From contig CBDDTI010000747.1 in the NCBI GenBank assembly GCA_965233585.1, positions 576,001 to 640,000 on the forward strand: DNA of 64,000 bases, in the 5' to 3' direction. Within the stretch, counting starts at the first letter, position 1; each line of letters opens with the position of its first letter. The notes beneath the pieces are model-generated. The model made no database searches, was not told where the DNA came from, and worked only from the letters and a program-made list of their open reading frames with translations. The position numbers and the translations under genes were made by a program. The stretch is from a bacterium (GTDB lineage: Bacteria; SAR324; NAC60-12). Below, piece by piece: positions 9,885 to 20,464 of this stretch.

Positions 9885-12800
9885 TTACAACTCCCTTTCC
9901 AAAACCGCCTCTTTCCTGCTCCCCGATGTATCCACCACATTTTGAGCTTCGTTTATTTTTTGTTCTAATTGTCCTACTTTTTGAACAAGGGATTTTTGAA
10001 TATTTAGAGGAGGCAAGGAGCTTTGAATATTGTAAATATTATTTCTATTGATTCCTCCTGAACCAGAACCTACTTTCATAGAAGGTAAGTTTAACGATTT
10101 CAATAGATAAAATATAAATTTTAATTCATTATCATCAGAATCCAATAACTTGACGTAAAAGGTAGTATCAATAGGAGTGCAATTTTTTTCTGACCAATTA
10201 ATTTCTCCTGCACTTCCTTTCCTACCAACTATAACACAAGGAGCTTTCACCTCAAAATTATTATGAGTTCCTACAATACCGTTTGAACCGTACACAGGAA
10301 ACTCTCCTTGTACTCTTTCATTCTCTGGTAATGAAATACCATATTCTAAAGTAAATACTTCCCCCAACTTTCTCACCTCATGCCCTCCATTTACTACCGC
10401 TTGAACTTCCTTTTCTATCTCATTTTTATAAGTGCTTATCTTTTCTTGTGCTTTTGCTACTTCCTTATCTATTGCTTCACACTTCACAACTATTTTTTGC
10501 TGAATATCTAAGGGAGGGAGTGGGATTTTTATTTGTTTCATCTTTTCAGCATTTAAGTTCGGTTGTGTTAATGCTATAGTTAAATTGTTGACTTGCTGCC
10601 AATACAAATCCGTATTGTAAAACGAAAAAAGATACGCTGGAAGTATTTTTTCATTTAAGGTTAATCTTACTAGATAAGAGGCGAAAATTAATTTTTCATT
10701 TATATTTTTATAGAAAAACATTCTTCCTGTACTACCACTTCTTGCGATAACAATATCATTCTGTTTTAGTAAAAAATCTTTTTTTATCTCTACGGTAGGA
10801 TTGATATATTTCTTATCCTCGTTTTTTAATGTTCCATCTTCATTAATATCTGTTATTCTTAAATATCTTATTTCTCCTTTGTTTTCTGCTTTTGCAGTAT
10901 ATCCATATTGAGTATTACAGACTTCTCCTAAATTTATAATTGGATACTTACTTTCTACCTCATTATGTATTTTAGGGTTTAAACTAAGGCTGTTACTAAA
11001 TTCCGTCCTTTCAAAATCCAGCATATCGGTTAAACGGGCAATTTTTACATGGTCTTTTAAGGTTTCGTCAACAGCGGTAATGGGCTGTTTTTCAAAGTGG
11101 TTTAAAATATAGCTATTGGCTTTTTCAGGGTTTAGATGATTGTTTTCATCAAACATTTTATTTTGGGCTTGTCCCTTTTCGTTTCGCTTGATTTTAATCC
11201 CTTCGCTTCCCTTTCTATTAGAAAATTCATAACCTAAAAAGTCTTTGGCGGTTTGTTTTTCACCCGATTGCACGATAATCGTTTGTTGATGCTTATAGGC
11301 TTCGCTTACAGTTTTCACTTTTCTAAAATCATCTTTTAAGGTCAGCATAAAATAATAGAATTTTTCCTGTTCTATTTCCAATACCTTATTTAAAAATGCT
11401 GTATTTAATCTTGTTTCTTGATCTTTAAGAGATAAATGTTTAAAACTGGTTTTCTTCTTTAAGTTTTCTGTGGAGGGTAATTTGTTAAACCAGTCTTGAT
11501 AATTTTTGTAAAAAGAAGCGTCTTGAATGTTTTCATTAGGGTTTTTATCAATCAGGGTTTTGTAATCTTCTTTATTCAATCCACGGTAAGATAAAAACAT
11601 ATCTAAAAGTTTATCCCTGTCTAAATAATTCTCTTTTTTCCCCGTGGTGAAAATTTCATCGGCAACCACCCCTCTATCATAGGCAAACCAAAAATGTCTT
11701 TTTTCTAAAAACAACACTACGGTATTGGTTCCCGTTGCTCCAAAAGTGCCGCTACCAAAAGAAGCAATGGCTTTGATATTAAAATGTTCTAAAATTATTT
11801 TTCGGGTCGCTCTATGTAAATCCGAATCATTGCTTAAAATAGAAGAAGGTAAAATAATCGCCGCCCTGCCACCTTCTTTTAAAAGTTGTGCCGTGCGTTC
11901 TATAAAAAGATTTTCTATTTCTTTGGAACTTTCGGTTAAATACTTAAAAAGCGAAAATTGTTTTTCATTAACGGGTAAATAGTTCTTAAAAGATTTAATG
12001 GAATAAGGCGGATTAGACAAAATCACATCAAACAGATTTTTTTCTTCCTTACAATCTAATCTGTCATGATCTTCCAACCCATCACCATAAATGATATTGG
12101 CATCGCCATCACCATTGAGAAAACAAGCAATTTGTGAAGTCCTTGCCAAACGGTAATCTTTCTCTATGCCAAAAATATAGTCCTTTGCCCAAAGCGTATT
12201 GTCTTTGTAAGATTTTGCATTATTCAATATAACTTCTTTGTCTCCCTCAACAACATCTATCTTGTCAATTTGGCTTAAATCCAATCGGTCAATGTTTTTT
12301 TGTAGTTCATCAATGCTTTCAGTTAAAAAATGCCCTGCACCACAGGCATAATCCAAAATTTTAGGTAGGAAACTTTTTGTTCCTGCTTGTAATTTTTTGT
12401 CTGTTATGTGATTCAATCCTAAAGACAAAATCATAAACCGAACAATCGGTACAGGGGTAAAAAACTGCCCTTCGTTTTGTTTGATCCCGTGATTTAGTAT
12501 CAATTCAAAAAAATCGCCCAGTATTTGTTGCTTTTTGGTATAGCGAAAACGGTAATTTTGTAGCATTTTTATCACTTCGTTTAACACCCTTGCGTTTTCT
12601 TTAAACAAGGTTTCGTTATGAACCTCTTTTAGAGCAAATTCATTTTGAGTGTAATACTTGATTTGCTTAAAAATATGTTCTATTTCTCGTATTTTTGATA
12701 CTTTTGAGTAAGAATCTATAATATCTTTAATTTTTTGATCTTCAAAATATACAATTTCTTGCCCTAAATGCTCTTCCATTCCCTTAGCATAAAGTCTTTG

Positions 12801-13724
12801 CAGTCTGTCTTGAATGTTTTCAGGGGTATCTTCTCCCTCCTTGACTTGAAAATCCAAAACGGCATGACCGCCTTTTTCTTCATCTACAATTTTACAAAGC
12901 AGCAAAGACAAAAACCTGTTAAACGCATTGGCGTTGTCCGAAATGTTGTTGTGCCTTAAAATTTCCATAAATTGGTTAAAAATCCCCGAAGCCCCCGTAA
13001 AGGGTTTTAAATCTTTCTTTTTTAGAGGCTTTAATTCAATTTCATAGGCATTAACATCGTATTCAAAAATACCGTTATAATGAAAATAGAGGTTGAAAGT
13101 TTCTTTCCAAACCTCAAAAAGTGCTTTGTTGTTTTTGGCTTTTTCGTATAGCTTAATGCTTTCATCTCCATTCTTAAATGCCTCTATGTCTTCTTTTCTA
13201 TCTTGAGTTTTGATGATGGCGTTTTCATAAGTTATTTTTTCTTCTTTAAAATCAGAAGCGTATAGACACAGGTATTTTGTATCTTTTTCTTGTTGAAAAT
13301 AAGAAAAAAGTTGTCCGCCATTGGATAGCATTTTTTGTTTTTCTTTTTCATATTCGTCGCCCCAAGTTTTGCATTCAATCAGAAGCAACGGTTTTTCTTC
13401 ATGATCTCTTACTAAAATATCGGCTCGTCCGCCACTTGCTCCGTGTCCTACTTTCCATTTTGGTTCAAGCTCTAAATGTTGAGGTAAATATCCTTTCTCC
13501 AAAAGTCTATGCACGCATTCAAACACGACAAAATTCTCTGCAGATGAAAAATTACAAGTTTGCCGTTCGTTAACTTTTAGCCCTTGATTTTCAGGGTAAA
13601 TGATTTGACCTTTGGCAAAATCTACTTGTAAACTAACTTCCTTAAAGGTTTTAGTAAAAACATTGTTCTTTTCCTCAAAAGCTAACTTTTGTAATAGTTT
13701 TTTAAAATTTTCTTTTGTTATCAT
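9885..13724 (-). CDS. Single-chain restriction-modification enzyme: endonuclease + N6-adenine MTase + two HsdS-type TRDs (type IIG/IIB-like R-M-S fusion)
   Basis: N-terminal GRADILV..LLIECK PD-(D/E)xK motif; GQFFTP, DYACGAGHF (motif I), NPPY (motif IV); two C-terminal HsdS repeats ending LPPLDIQQKIV and LPPLNIQKSLV. Confidence 0.9.
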   Translation of the reverse strand: MITKENFKKLLQKLAFEEKNNVFTKTFKEVSLQVDFAKGQIIYPENQGLKVNERQTCNFSSAENFVVFECVHRLLEKGYLPQHLELEPKWKVGHGASGGRADILVRDHEEKPLLLIECKTWGDEYEKEKQKMLSNGGQLFSYFQQEKDTKYLCLYASDFKEEKITYENAIIKTQDRKEDIEAFKNGDESIKLYEKAKNNKALFEVWKETFNLYFHYNGIFEYDVNAYEIELKPLKKKDLKPFTGASGIFNQFMEILRHNNISDNANAFNRFLSLLLCKIVDEEKGGHAVLDFQVKEGEDTPENIQDRLQRLYAKGMEEHLGQEIVYFEDQKIKDIIDSYSKVSKIREIEHIFKQIKYYTQNEFALKEVHNETLFKENARVLNEVIKMLQNYRFRYTKKQQILGDFFELILNHGIKQNEGQFFTPVPIVRFMILSLGLNHITDKKLQAGTKSFLPKILDYACGAGHFLTESIDELQKNIDRLDLSQIDKIDVVEGDKEVILNNAKSYKDNTLWAKDYIFGIEKDYRLARTSQIACFLNGDGDANIIYGDGLEDHDRLDCKEEKNLFDVILSNPPYSIKSFKNYLPVNEKQFSLFKYLTESSKEIENLFIERTAQLLKEGGRAAIILPSSILSNDSDLHRATRKIILEHFNIKAIASFGSGTFGATGTNTVVLFLEKRHFWFAYDRGVVADEIFTTGKKENYLDRDKLLDMFLSYRGLNKEDYKTLIDKNPNENIQDASFYKNYQDWFNKLPSTENLKKKTSFKHLSLKDQETRLNTAFLNKVLEIEQEKFYYFMLTLKDDFRKVKTVSEAYKHQQTIIVQSGEKQTAKDFLGYEFSNRKGSEGIKIKRNEKGQAQNKMFDENNHLNPEKANSYILNHFEKQPITAVDETLKDHVKIARLTDMLDFERTEFSNSLSLNPKIHNEVESKYPIINLGEVCNTQYGYTAKAENKGEIRYLRITDINEDGTLKNEDKKYINPTVEIKKDFLLKQNDIVIARSGSTGRMFFYKNINEKLIFASYLVRLTLNEKILPAYLFSFYNTDLYWQQVNNLTIALTQPNLNAEKMKQIKIPLPPLDIQQKIVVKCEAIDKEVAKAQEKISTYKNEIEKEVQAVVNGGHEVRKLGEVFTLEYGISLPENERVQGEFPVYGSNGIVGTHNNFEVKAPCVIVGRKGSAGEINWSEKNCTPIDTTFYVKLLDSDDNELKFIFYLLKSLNLPSMKVGSGSGGINRNNIYNIQSSLPPLNIQKSLVQKVGQLEQKINEAQNVVDTSGSRKEAVLEREL

Positions 13725-13885
13725 TTTGACTAATGTTAAGGTAGGTTAAAAGTTTTTCTCATCACTTCACAAAATCAAAGTGTCGTTTGATTGGATTGAT
13801 TTTTAAATGATTCCACAAACGAGATGTATTATATTCTGCATTCAACTGACAATCAAAATTTGAACACTTCTAATTTTGAGCAAAA

Positions 13886-14314
13886 ATGTATCAAAAAGAA
13901 ATAAATCTGCAAGCCCGTTCCAGAGGCTTCCATCTGATCACTGATGAAATTATGCAACACTTGGAAGATTCACCTATTCAAAAAATTCAGACAGGGTTAC
14001 TCCATTTACTCTTGAAGCATACATCAGCATCATTGACTTTGAACGAAAATGCAGACCCCACCGTCAGAAAAGACTTTGAAAACTTTTTTCATCGCACAGT
14101 GCCAGAAAATGAACCCTACTACTTGCATACTTACGAAGGGAGTGATGACCTACCTGCTCATCTGAAAAGCAGTCTTTTAGGAACATCACTGACTCTGCCA
14201 GTCACATCAGGTCGTCTAAATCTTGGTACATGGCAAGGAATCTATCTGGGGGAACATCGCAATCATGCTTCATCACGAACTATTGTTGCCACATTGCAAG
14301 GTACGGGTTTTTAA
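13886..14314 (+). CDS. yjbQ: YjbQ/UPF0047 family protein
   Basis: [47 protein letters not shown]. Confidence 0.93.
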   Translation: MYQKEINLQARSRGFHLITDEIMQHLEDSPIQKIQTGLLHLLLKHTSASLTLNENADPTVRKDFENFFHRTVPENEPYYLHTYEGSDDLPAHLKSSLLGTSLTLPVTSGRLNLGTWQGIYLGEHRNHASSRTIVATLQGTGF

Positions 14315-14487
14315 TAAACTGTTGCCGAAGCTGGGGCATGATTGATGACGAACAATGCTAGTCTAAAATGTTGGATAAGAGGAGTTATAAAAAAACATCT
14401 TGAAATATTGAAATAATTAGATTGACTATGATTATCATAGTTTTTTATACTTCTCTATTTTTCACTTTTTAAGTCACAATCAGGGAT

Positions 14488-14895
14488 ATGGAAGATCAAT
14501 CGCTCTTAGATATGAATTATTTAATAGGACTTTTAAATCAAGAAGGTTATGCAGAAGCAGAGTTACTTGGGGACGAGTGCATTGGTTTTAAATCAGATGG
14601 GTTAGCTGTGTTGCTTTTTCAATACAGCGATGGAGATTTACAACTGTATTTTTGCATCAGAATTGATGGCGTGTGGGGGCATGATTCTATGAATACTTGG
14701 AACTCTACCCATAGAATGAGCCGTGCTTATCTGGACAAAGACAAGCACCCTGTTTTGGAAAATGACATGTCTGGGGGGGCATCTGCTACTTCTGAATCTA
14801 TCATCAATTTTGTCAATGTCTTCACACAGGTTTCTATTCCTAGCTTCGTGCGTTTTTTGAGAGAAGGGGATTACAGCAACGAGACACTCAATTAA
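14488..14895 (+). CDS. YbjN domain-containing protein
   Basis: NTWNSTHRMSRAYLDKD..PVLEND pattern typical of YbjN; 135 aa. Confidence 0.7.
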   Translation: MEDQSLLDMNYLIGLLNQEGYAEAELLGDECIGFKSDGLAVLLFQYSDGDLQLYFCIRIDGVWGHDSMNTWNSTHRMSRAYLDKDKHPVLENDMSGGASATSESIINFVNVFTQVSIPSFVRFLREGDYSNETLN

Positions 14896-15857
14896 AGCGA
14901 CTCTATCTGTTGTCCTTTAACCCATAATGAAATAGGTGGCCATTGCTGAAGCAACATCACATTTTCAGGTAACATGATGGTGGGGCGTTCCCAATAACTG
15001 CCGGGCGCTTTCCCTTCTGCGTCAATTTTTGCAGAAAGACCTTCTTCTGCCAATCTTTTCAACACATCTTTAGGACCTTCCAAATGGACATTAAACACTT
15101 CAGGATTGATCTTGACTTCATATTCTGAACCAACCACCCGAATTTGGACATTTTTAAACACCCGCCTTACAGGTAAAACTTTGATACGGACTTGTGCGAG
15201 ATAATCTGACCCATTTGCAAGCACGCGGATTCTTTTTGGCACATCAAGTGAAATGGTTTCAATAAATGACTCAGAACGTTCCTCAAGGTCAATGCTTCTT
15301 GTAAAAAGTTGTGTTAACTCTGAGACTTGTGATTGAACACCTTCAATCTGAGCCTGATTCGGAATAATCTCAAGAGATTGTAAAATGTATCCTTCTTTGA
15401 GGTTTCCATGATAGCGGGGGGTCAACGTCACAGATTTGGTCACAACCTGCTCAATGTCAAACTCTAATTTTGAGGGTGAAAGCGACAGAATCTCCATGTC
15501 TGAAGCACCTTCTACGTCTTGTTCAGAAAGAGTATGGGTAAAGTATCCGGGGTTGACACGTTCCATGTCAATAATGATTTGGATATTTTTAGACTGAAAA
15601 TCTTGACCAGACCGCCTGCCTAGCATACCTGTCAGCTGGACTGTAGAAGGAAAGTTTGAAGCAATTTGAAGTTTTTCAGGGAAATTTTGAAAGATAATTG
15701 GTGCAGAAAAACTCACTCTGGTCGGCTCAAATTTTCTTTTGGAAAGAAACCAGATGAACAATGCCATAAAAATAGAAATCAATTTCAGAGCCAAATGCTT
15801 ACGAAAGACTTTGAAATTGACAGGGGAATTGAAATTTAAGCGATTTTTAAATGGCAT
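14892..15857 (-). CDS. cdaR: CdaR/YbbR-like regulator of diadenylate cyclase
   Basis: KLISIFMALFIW N-terminal TM, repeated YbbR-like beta domains, overlaps the end of cdaA. Confidence 0.85.
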   Translation of the reverse strand: MPFKNRLNFNSPVNFKVFRKHLALKLISIFMALFIWFLSKRKFEPTRVSFSAPIIFQNFPEKLQIASNFPSTVQLTGMLGRRSGQDFQSKNIQIIIDMERVNPGYFTHTLSEQDVEGASDMEILSLSPSKLEFDIEQVVTKSVTLTPRYHGNLKEGYILQSLEIIPNQAQIEGVQSQVSELTQLFTRSIDLEERSESFIETISLDVPKRIRVLANGSDYLAQVRIKVLPVRRVFKNVQIRVVGSEYEVKINPEVFNVHLEGPKDVLKRLAEEGLSAKIDAEGKAPGSYWERPTIMLPENVMLLQQWPPISLWVKGQQIESL

Positions 15858-16662
15858 GAGAGTCTTCTAAATCTGATGTGGATTTTGATGACAAAAATTG
15901 TTTTAAAATTTGACGCATGTCTGTGAGCTGTTCTCGTGAATAAATTTCTCCTCGGTAACAAACACTTAACTCACCTCTTTCTTCTGAAACCACAATCACC
16001 ACTGAATCTGTGGTTTCAGACAATCCTAGTGCAGCGCGATGACGTGTTCCAAATTGAGGAGCAAGTTCTGATATAGACAGAGGTAAAACACAACCAGCAG
16101 AGGCAATTCTGCCAGCAGAATCAATAATCAACGCACCATCATGCAAGGGTGATTGTGTTTGAAAAATGCTGATGAGTAAACTTTTATTGATTTGAGCGTC
16201 TAAAAATTGTCCTCTTTCCATAAAATTACGCAACCCCATTTCTTTTTCAAAGGCAATTAATGCACCAATCCTTTTCTCCGCTAGATAAACTGCACTTTGA
16301 ATGACAACTTCTAAATTCTCCTCTTGACGCCTTTGTGGCTTCCCAATTAAAAATGGCAAGACTCCAAAACGTGCCAAACCGTCTCGGATTTCTGATTGAA
16401 ACAAAATAATCAACGCTAAAGTCAAAGAGTTTGCAAGGTTATCCAAGAGCAGTTGTGTTGCAGAAAGTTCTAAGTAGATAGAAACAAAATACAAAATGAA
16501 TGCTAGCAAAAAGCCAACAAAAATTTGCATCGTCCGTGTGCCTTGAATCCAGAGCATCACACGGTAAAAGACAGCTCCCAACAACAAAACATCTACTGCA
16601 TCTTGCCAGACCAAAAATCCTAGCCATTTTTGCAAACTGACAATGTTCAAATATTCTTCCAT
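15847..16662 (-). CDS. cdaA: Membrane diadenylate cyclase CdaA (c-di-AMP synthase); start corrected to ATG 16662
   Basis: Three TM helices, ILFQSEIR, PLHDGA and GTRHRAA DAC motifs; AAGGGG RBS before MEEYL. The longer ORF would run through the hrcA promoter. Confidence 0.92.
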   Translation of the reverse strand: MEEYLNIVSLQKWLGFLVWQDAVDVLLLGAVFYRVMLWIQGTRTMQIFVGFLLAFILYFVSIYLELSATQLLLDNLANSLTLALIILFQSEIRDGLARFGVLPFLIGKPQRRQEENLEVVIQSAVYLAEKRIGALIAFEKEMGLRNFMERGQFLDAQINKSLLISIFQTQSPLHDGALIIDSAGRIASAGCVLPLSISELAPQFGTRHRAALGLSETTDSVVIVVSEERGELSVCYRGEIYSREQLTDMRQILKQFLSSKSTSDLEDSHAI

Positions 16663-16717
16663 AACCCCTTGTAAAGCATAGATTGTTCCAAAATAGATTT
16701 TTTCTAGCAAATCCCTC

Positions 16718-16746
16718 TTGACAAATTTCATAAGATGTAAGATAAT
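16718..16746 (+). promoter_or_regulatory. Sigma70-type promoter for the hrcA operon
   Basis: TTGACA (16718-16723), 17-bp spacer, GATAAT (16741-16746) abutting the CIRCE. Confidence 0.6.
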
Positions 16747-16772
16747 TAGCACTCTATCGTGATGAGTGCTAA
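16746..16772. promoter_or_regulatory. CIRCE operator (HrcA binding site)
   Basis: Perfect consensus TTAGCACTC-N9-GAGTGCTAA immediately upstream of hrcA; arms extend to 15 bp (16740-16778). Confidence 0.97.
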
Positions 16773-16787
16773 TTATCTGGAGAGATT

Positions 16788-17852
16788 TTGTCAGACATGC
16801 AAGATTCAAAGTCTTTAGATGAAAGAAGATTTAAGATTCTTAGAGGGATTATAGAAAACTACATTGAGACGACTGAACCTGTTGGCTCAAGAATGCTTTC
16901 TAAAGACCCTAATATCAACCTTTCCCCTGCAACGATTCGCAATATTATGTCAGACCTTGCTGATATGGGTTTTTTGTGCCAATCCCACACTTCAGCAGGG
17001 AGGATCCCGACAGACAAGGCTTTCCGTTTTTATGTAGATACCGTGATTGACATTTCATCTCTGCCAGATGTGGTGCGTCAGAAAATTGACCAGCTTTCCC
17101 AGCCTGATGTGTTGCAGTTTGAAAGCTTTCTTCACAACGTCACACGCACCATTGCAGATTTGACCCAATTCATGTGTATTATCACCAAACCGCTGGCTGA
17201 ATTGAGTTTGCTCAAAAGAATTGAATTTTTGAGGGTGTCTGAAAATTCGGTGCTGGTCGTATTGGTGACTAAATCAGGAGTGATTCACAACAAAGTTTTG
17301 CAAATCCCTCAAGACCTTTCACAGTCTTTTTTAAACAAGATTTCAGAGTTTTTGAATGAACAGTTTCAAGACCATTCCTTGTTGGAAGTCAGAGACAAAC
17401 TTTTTAGTAGCATGCTGGAAGATAGAGTGCGTTATGATAAGATGCTTGCACAAGCCATTCGTCTTGGCAAAAAAGCATTTGATTTTGATGACACACCAGA
17501 TTTTTACATTGATGGACATATTGGCATGATTGTCAGTTCAGACCCGCAACGTCAAAGCTCTATCCAATCTATTTTGGAAATACTGAAACAAAAACAAACG
17601 GTCATGGATTTGATAGACAACACCATTCATGCAAACGGAGTCCAGATTTTCATTGGAATTGAAAACACATGTGATGAGCTTCAAGAACACACAATGATTT
17701 CTTCAGGTTATGGTTTCACAGGTAATCCTTTAGGTATGATTGGGGTCATTGGACCTACGTCCATGAATTATCAAAACATTGTTCCCATTGTAGATTACAC
17801 ATCACAAGTTTTATCAAACTCTCTTATTGAACAGACTGACTCACCAAAATAG
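16788..17852 (+). CDS. hrcA: Heat-inducible transcription repressor HrcA
   Basis: EPVGS, SPATIRN, HTSAGRIPTD, GVIGPT; CIRCE upstream. Confidence 0.96.
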   Translation: MSDMQDSKSLDERRFKILRGIIENYIETTEPVGSRMLSKDPNINLSPATIRNIMSDLADMGFLCQSHTSAGRIPTDKAFRFYVDTVIDISSLPDVVRQKIDQLSQPDVLQFESFLHNVTRTIADLTQFMCIITKPLAELSLLKRIEFLRVSENSVLVVLVTKSGVIHNKVLQIPQDLSQSFLNKISEFLNEQFQDHSLLEVRDKLFSSMLEDRVRYDKMLAQAIRLGKKAFDFDDTPDFYIDGHIGMIVSSDPQRQSSIQSILEILKQKQTVMDLIDNTIHANGVQIFIGIENTCDELQEHTMISSGYGFTGNPLGMIGVIGPTSMNYQNIVPIVDYTSQVLSNSLIEQTDSPK

Positions 17853-17857
17853 CAACA

Positions 17858-18496
17858 ATGAACCAAGAACAACAAACAGACATATCAGAACAAGATAATC
17901 AAGTGACAGAACACGAGACAGAGCTTTCTGCTGACCCCCAAGAAGATGAACTTTCAGAAGCCGAAGAAACAGGCACAGAAAATGAGGCAGAACTTTCTGA
18001 AAACGTCCAAGAAGACAAGATTTCAGAGGAGCAAACACAAGAAGCTCAAATCAAAAAATTGACCGAAGATTTAGAAAAAGCACAAGCAGACCTCTTGCGT
18101 GAACGTGCAGAATTAGAAAACTTTAAACGTCGTTCTGCAAAAGCAAGCTCAGACACTTTAAAATATGCCTCCTCTGAACTCATCAAAGAGCTGTTGCCTG
18201 TGTTAGACAGTTTGGGAAAAGCCATTGAGTCTGCTCAAAATGAAGATACGTCTGTTACATCAATTAGGGAAGGCGTTGAAATGGTGTATAAGATGGCGCA
18301 AGATGCACTGACGAAACATGGTGTCACGCAGATCAACCCCGTTGGAGAACAGTTTGACCCAAATCAGCATCAAGCTGTTGGCATGGTTGCCTCAGAAGAA
18401 GTGCCAGAAGAACATGTTGTTGATGTGATGCAAAAAGGATATATGTTGTATGAGCGTGTGCTTCGTGCTGCGATGGTGCGTGTCTCTCAAAAATAA
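17858..18496 (+). CDS. grpE: Nucleotide exchange factor GrpE
   Basis: AELENFKRR, LLPVLDSL, FDPNQHQAV, QKGY..RVLRAAMV. Confidence 0.96.
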   Translation: MNQEQQTDISEQDNQVTEHETELSADPQEDELSEAEETGTENEAELSENVQEDKISEEQTQEAQIKKLTEDLEKAQADLLRERAELENFKRRSAKASSDTLKYASSELIKELLPVLDSLGKAIESAQNEDTSVTSIREGVEMVYKMAQDALTKHGVTQINPVGEQFDPNQHQAVGMVASEEVPEEHVVDVMQKGYMLYERVLRAAMVRVSQK

Positions 18497-18524
18497 ATAA
18501 TTTAAACTTAGAAAGGAGTTTTTT

Positions 18525-20447
18525 ATGGGAAAAGTCATAGGTATTGATTTAGGAACAACCAACTCATGTGTTGCAATTATGGAGGGTGGAGACCCTAAAG
18601 TAGTTCAAAATGCAGAAGGAACACTGACCACACCTTCTATGGTAGCATTTAATGATTCAGGTGAACGTTTGATTGGGCAGGTAGCTAAGCGACAAGCTGT
18701 CACTAATCCTGCACGGACTGTCTTTTCAGTGAAACGAATGATGGGACAAAAAATTGGCTCAAAGGAAGTGCAAAAGCTCAAAGAAGTTGCCCCCTATCAT
18801 GTCAGTGAAAGCTCCAACGGTCTGGCTTGTGTAGAAGTTGATGACAAAAAATACACCCCCCCTGAAATCTCTGCATTCATCTTACAAAAAATCAAACAAA
18901 CTGCAGAGGACTATCTGGGAGAACCTGTGACAGAAGCAGTCATCACAGTCCCTGCCTATTTCAATGACAGTCAACGACAGGCAACCAAAGATGCAGGAAA
19001 AATTGCAGGTCTTGATGTGTTACGTATCATCAACGAGCCAACAGCCGCAGCGCTTGCCTATGGGCTAGAAAAAAACAATGACCAAAAAATTGTTGTGTTT
19101 GACTTGGGTGGTGGAACTTTTGATGTCTCCATTCTTGAAATTGGTGATGGTGTGTTTGAAGTCAAAGCGACCAATGGCGACACTTTTCTGGGTGGTGATG
19201 ACTTTGATACCAGAATCATTGACTTCCTTGCTGATGAATTTAAAAAGGAACAAGGAATTGACCTCCGTGCTGACAAGATGGCACTCCAAAGGCTCAAAGA
19301 AGCTGCAGAAAAAGCAAAACATGAGCTTTCCGCAAGTTCGGAGACAGAAGTCAACTTGCCTTTTATCACTGCTGACGCATCAGGACCCAAACATCTTAAC
19401 GTCAAAATCACACGGGCTAAGTTTGAGCAACTTGTTGCCGATTTAGTTGAAAAATGCCTTGTCCCCTGTGAAAAAGCATTAAAAGACTCTGGCTTCAGTG
19501 CAAGTGATATTCACGAAGTCATTTTGGTTGGTGGCATGACCCGTATGCCAAAAATTCAAGAAAAAGTGAAAGAGTTTTTTGGCAAAGAACCCCATAAGGG
19601 CGTCAATCCTGACGAAGTTGTTGCCATCGGTGCTGCAATCCAAGGTGGCGTTTTAAAAGGCGATGTCAAAGATGTTCTACTCCTTGATGTCACACCACTT
19701 TCATTGGGAATTGAGACATTGGGAGAAGTGATGACCAAGTTAATTGAACGCAACACAACTATTCCCACTAAGAAAAGTCAGGTGTTCTCTACTGCCGCAG
19801 ACAATCAACCTGCTGTAAGCATTCACATTCTACAAGGTGAACGAGAGATGGCACGGGACAACAAAACTTTGGGAAGGTTTGAGTTGGTTGGCATTCCTCC
19901 TGCCCCACGTGGCACCCCTCAAATTGAAGTGACTTTTGACATTGACGCCAATGGTATTGTGCATGTCAGTGCCAAAGACTTAGGGACAGGCAAAGAACAG
20001 CAAATCCGTGTCACCACTTCTAGCGGATTGTCAGAAAGTGAGATTGAGAAAATGGTGCAAGATGCAGAGAAATTTGCTGAAGAAGACAAGAAGACTCGCG
20101 CAAGAGTGGAAGCAAAAAATGAGGCAGAATCGTTGATCTATCAAACTGAAAAATCAGTGAATGAGCTTGGGGATAAACTTCCAGCAGAAGACAAAACTGC
20201 TGTTGAAAATGCCATCAGTGACTTGAAAGGTACGCTAGAAAATGGCGATGCTGAAGCCATTCGTGCAGGGACTCAAACTTTAACCGAAGCCTCTCACAAA
20301 CTGGCAGAATTGCTTTATGCCAAACCAGAAGAAGGTGCTGAACCCACTCCAGAACCAGAACCAGAACCTTCACAACAACAATCATCAAACGAGACTAAAA
20401 ACGATGATGATGTCATTGATGCTGATTACGAAGAAGTTAAAAAATAA
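18525..20447 (+). CDS. dnaK: Chaperone DnaK
   Basis: [31 protein letters not shown] end; AAGGAG RBS. Confidence 0.99.
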   Translation: MGKVIGIDLGTTNSCVAIMEGGDPKVVQNAEGTLTTPSMVAFNDSGERLIGQVAKRQAVTNPARTVFSVKRMMGQKIGSKEVQKLKEVAPYHVSESSNGLACVEVDDKKYTPPEISAFILQKIKQTAEDYLGEPVTEAVITVPAYFNDSQRQATKDAGKIAGLDVLRIINEPTAAALAYGLEKNNDQKIVVFDLGGGTFDVSILEIGDGVFEVKATNGDTFLGGDDFDTRIIDFLADEFKKEQGIDLRADKMALQRLKEAAEKAKHELSASSETEVNLPFITADASGPKHLNVKITRAKFEQLVADLVEKCLVPCEKALKDSGFSASDIHEVILVGGMTRMPKIQEKVKEFFGKEPHKGVNPDEVVAIGAAIQGGVLKGDVKDVLLLDVTPLSLGIETLGEVMTKLIERNTTIPTKKSQVFSTAADNQPAVSIHILQGEREMARDNKTLGRFELVGIPPAPRGTPQIEVTFDIDANGIVHVSAKDLGTGKEQQIRVTTSSGLSESEIEKMVQDAEKFAEEDKKTRARVEAKNEAESLIYQTEKSVNELGDKLPAEDKTAVENAISDLKGTLENGDAEAIRAGTQTLTEASHKLAELLYAKPEEGAEPTPEPEPEPSQQQSSNETKNDDDVIDADYEEVKK

Positions 20448-20464
20448 CGAACCAAAGGAGTCCC

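Noticed and set aside
16663..16809. N-terminal extension of cdaA in the ORF track
   Set aside because: It crosses the hrcA promoter, CIRCE and start codon; a good RBS precedes ATG 16662.
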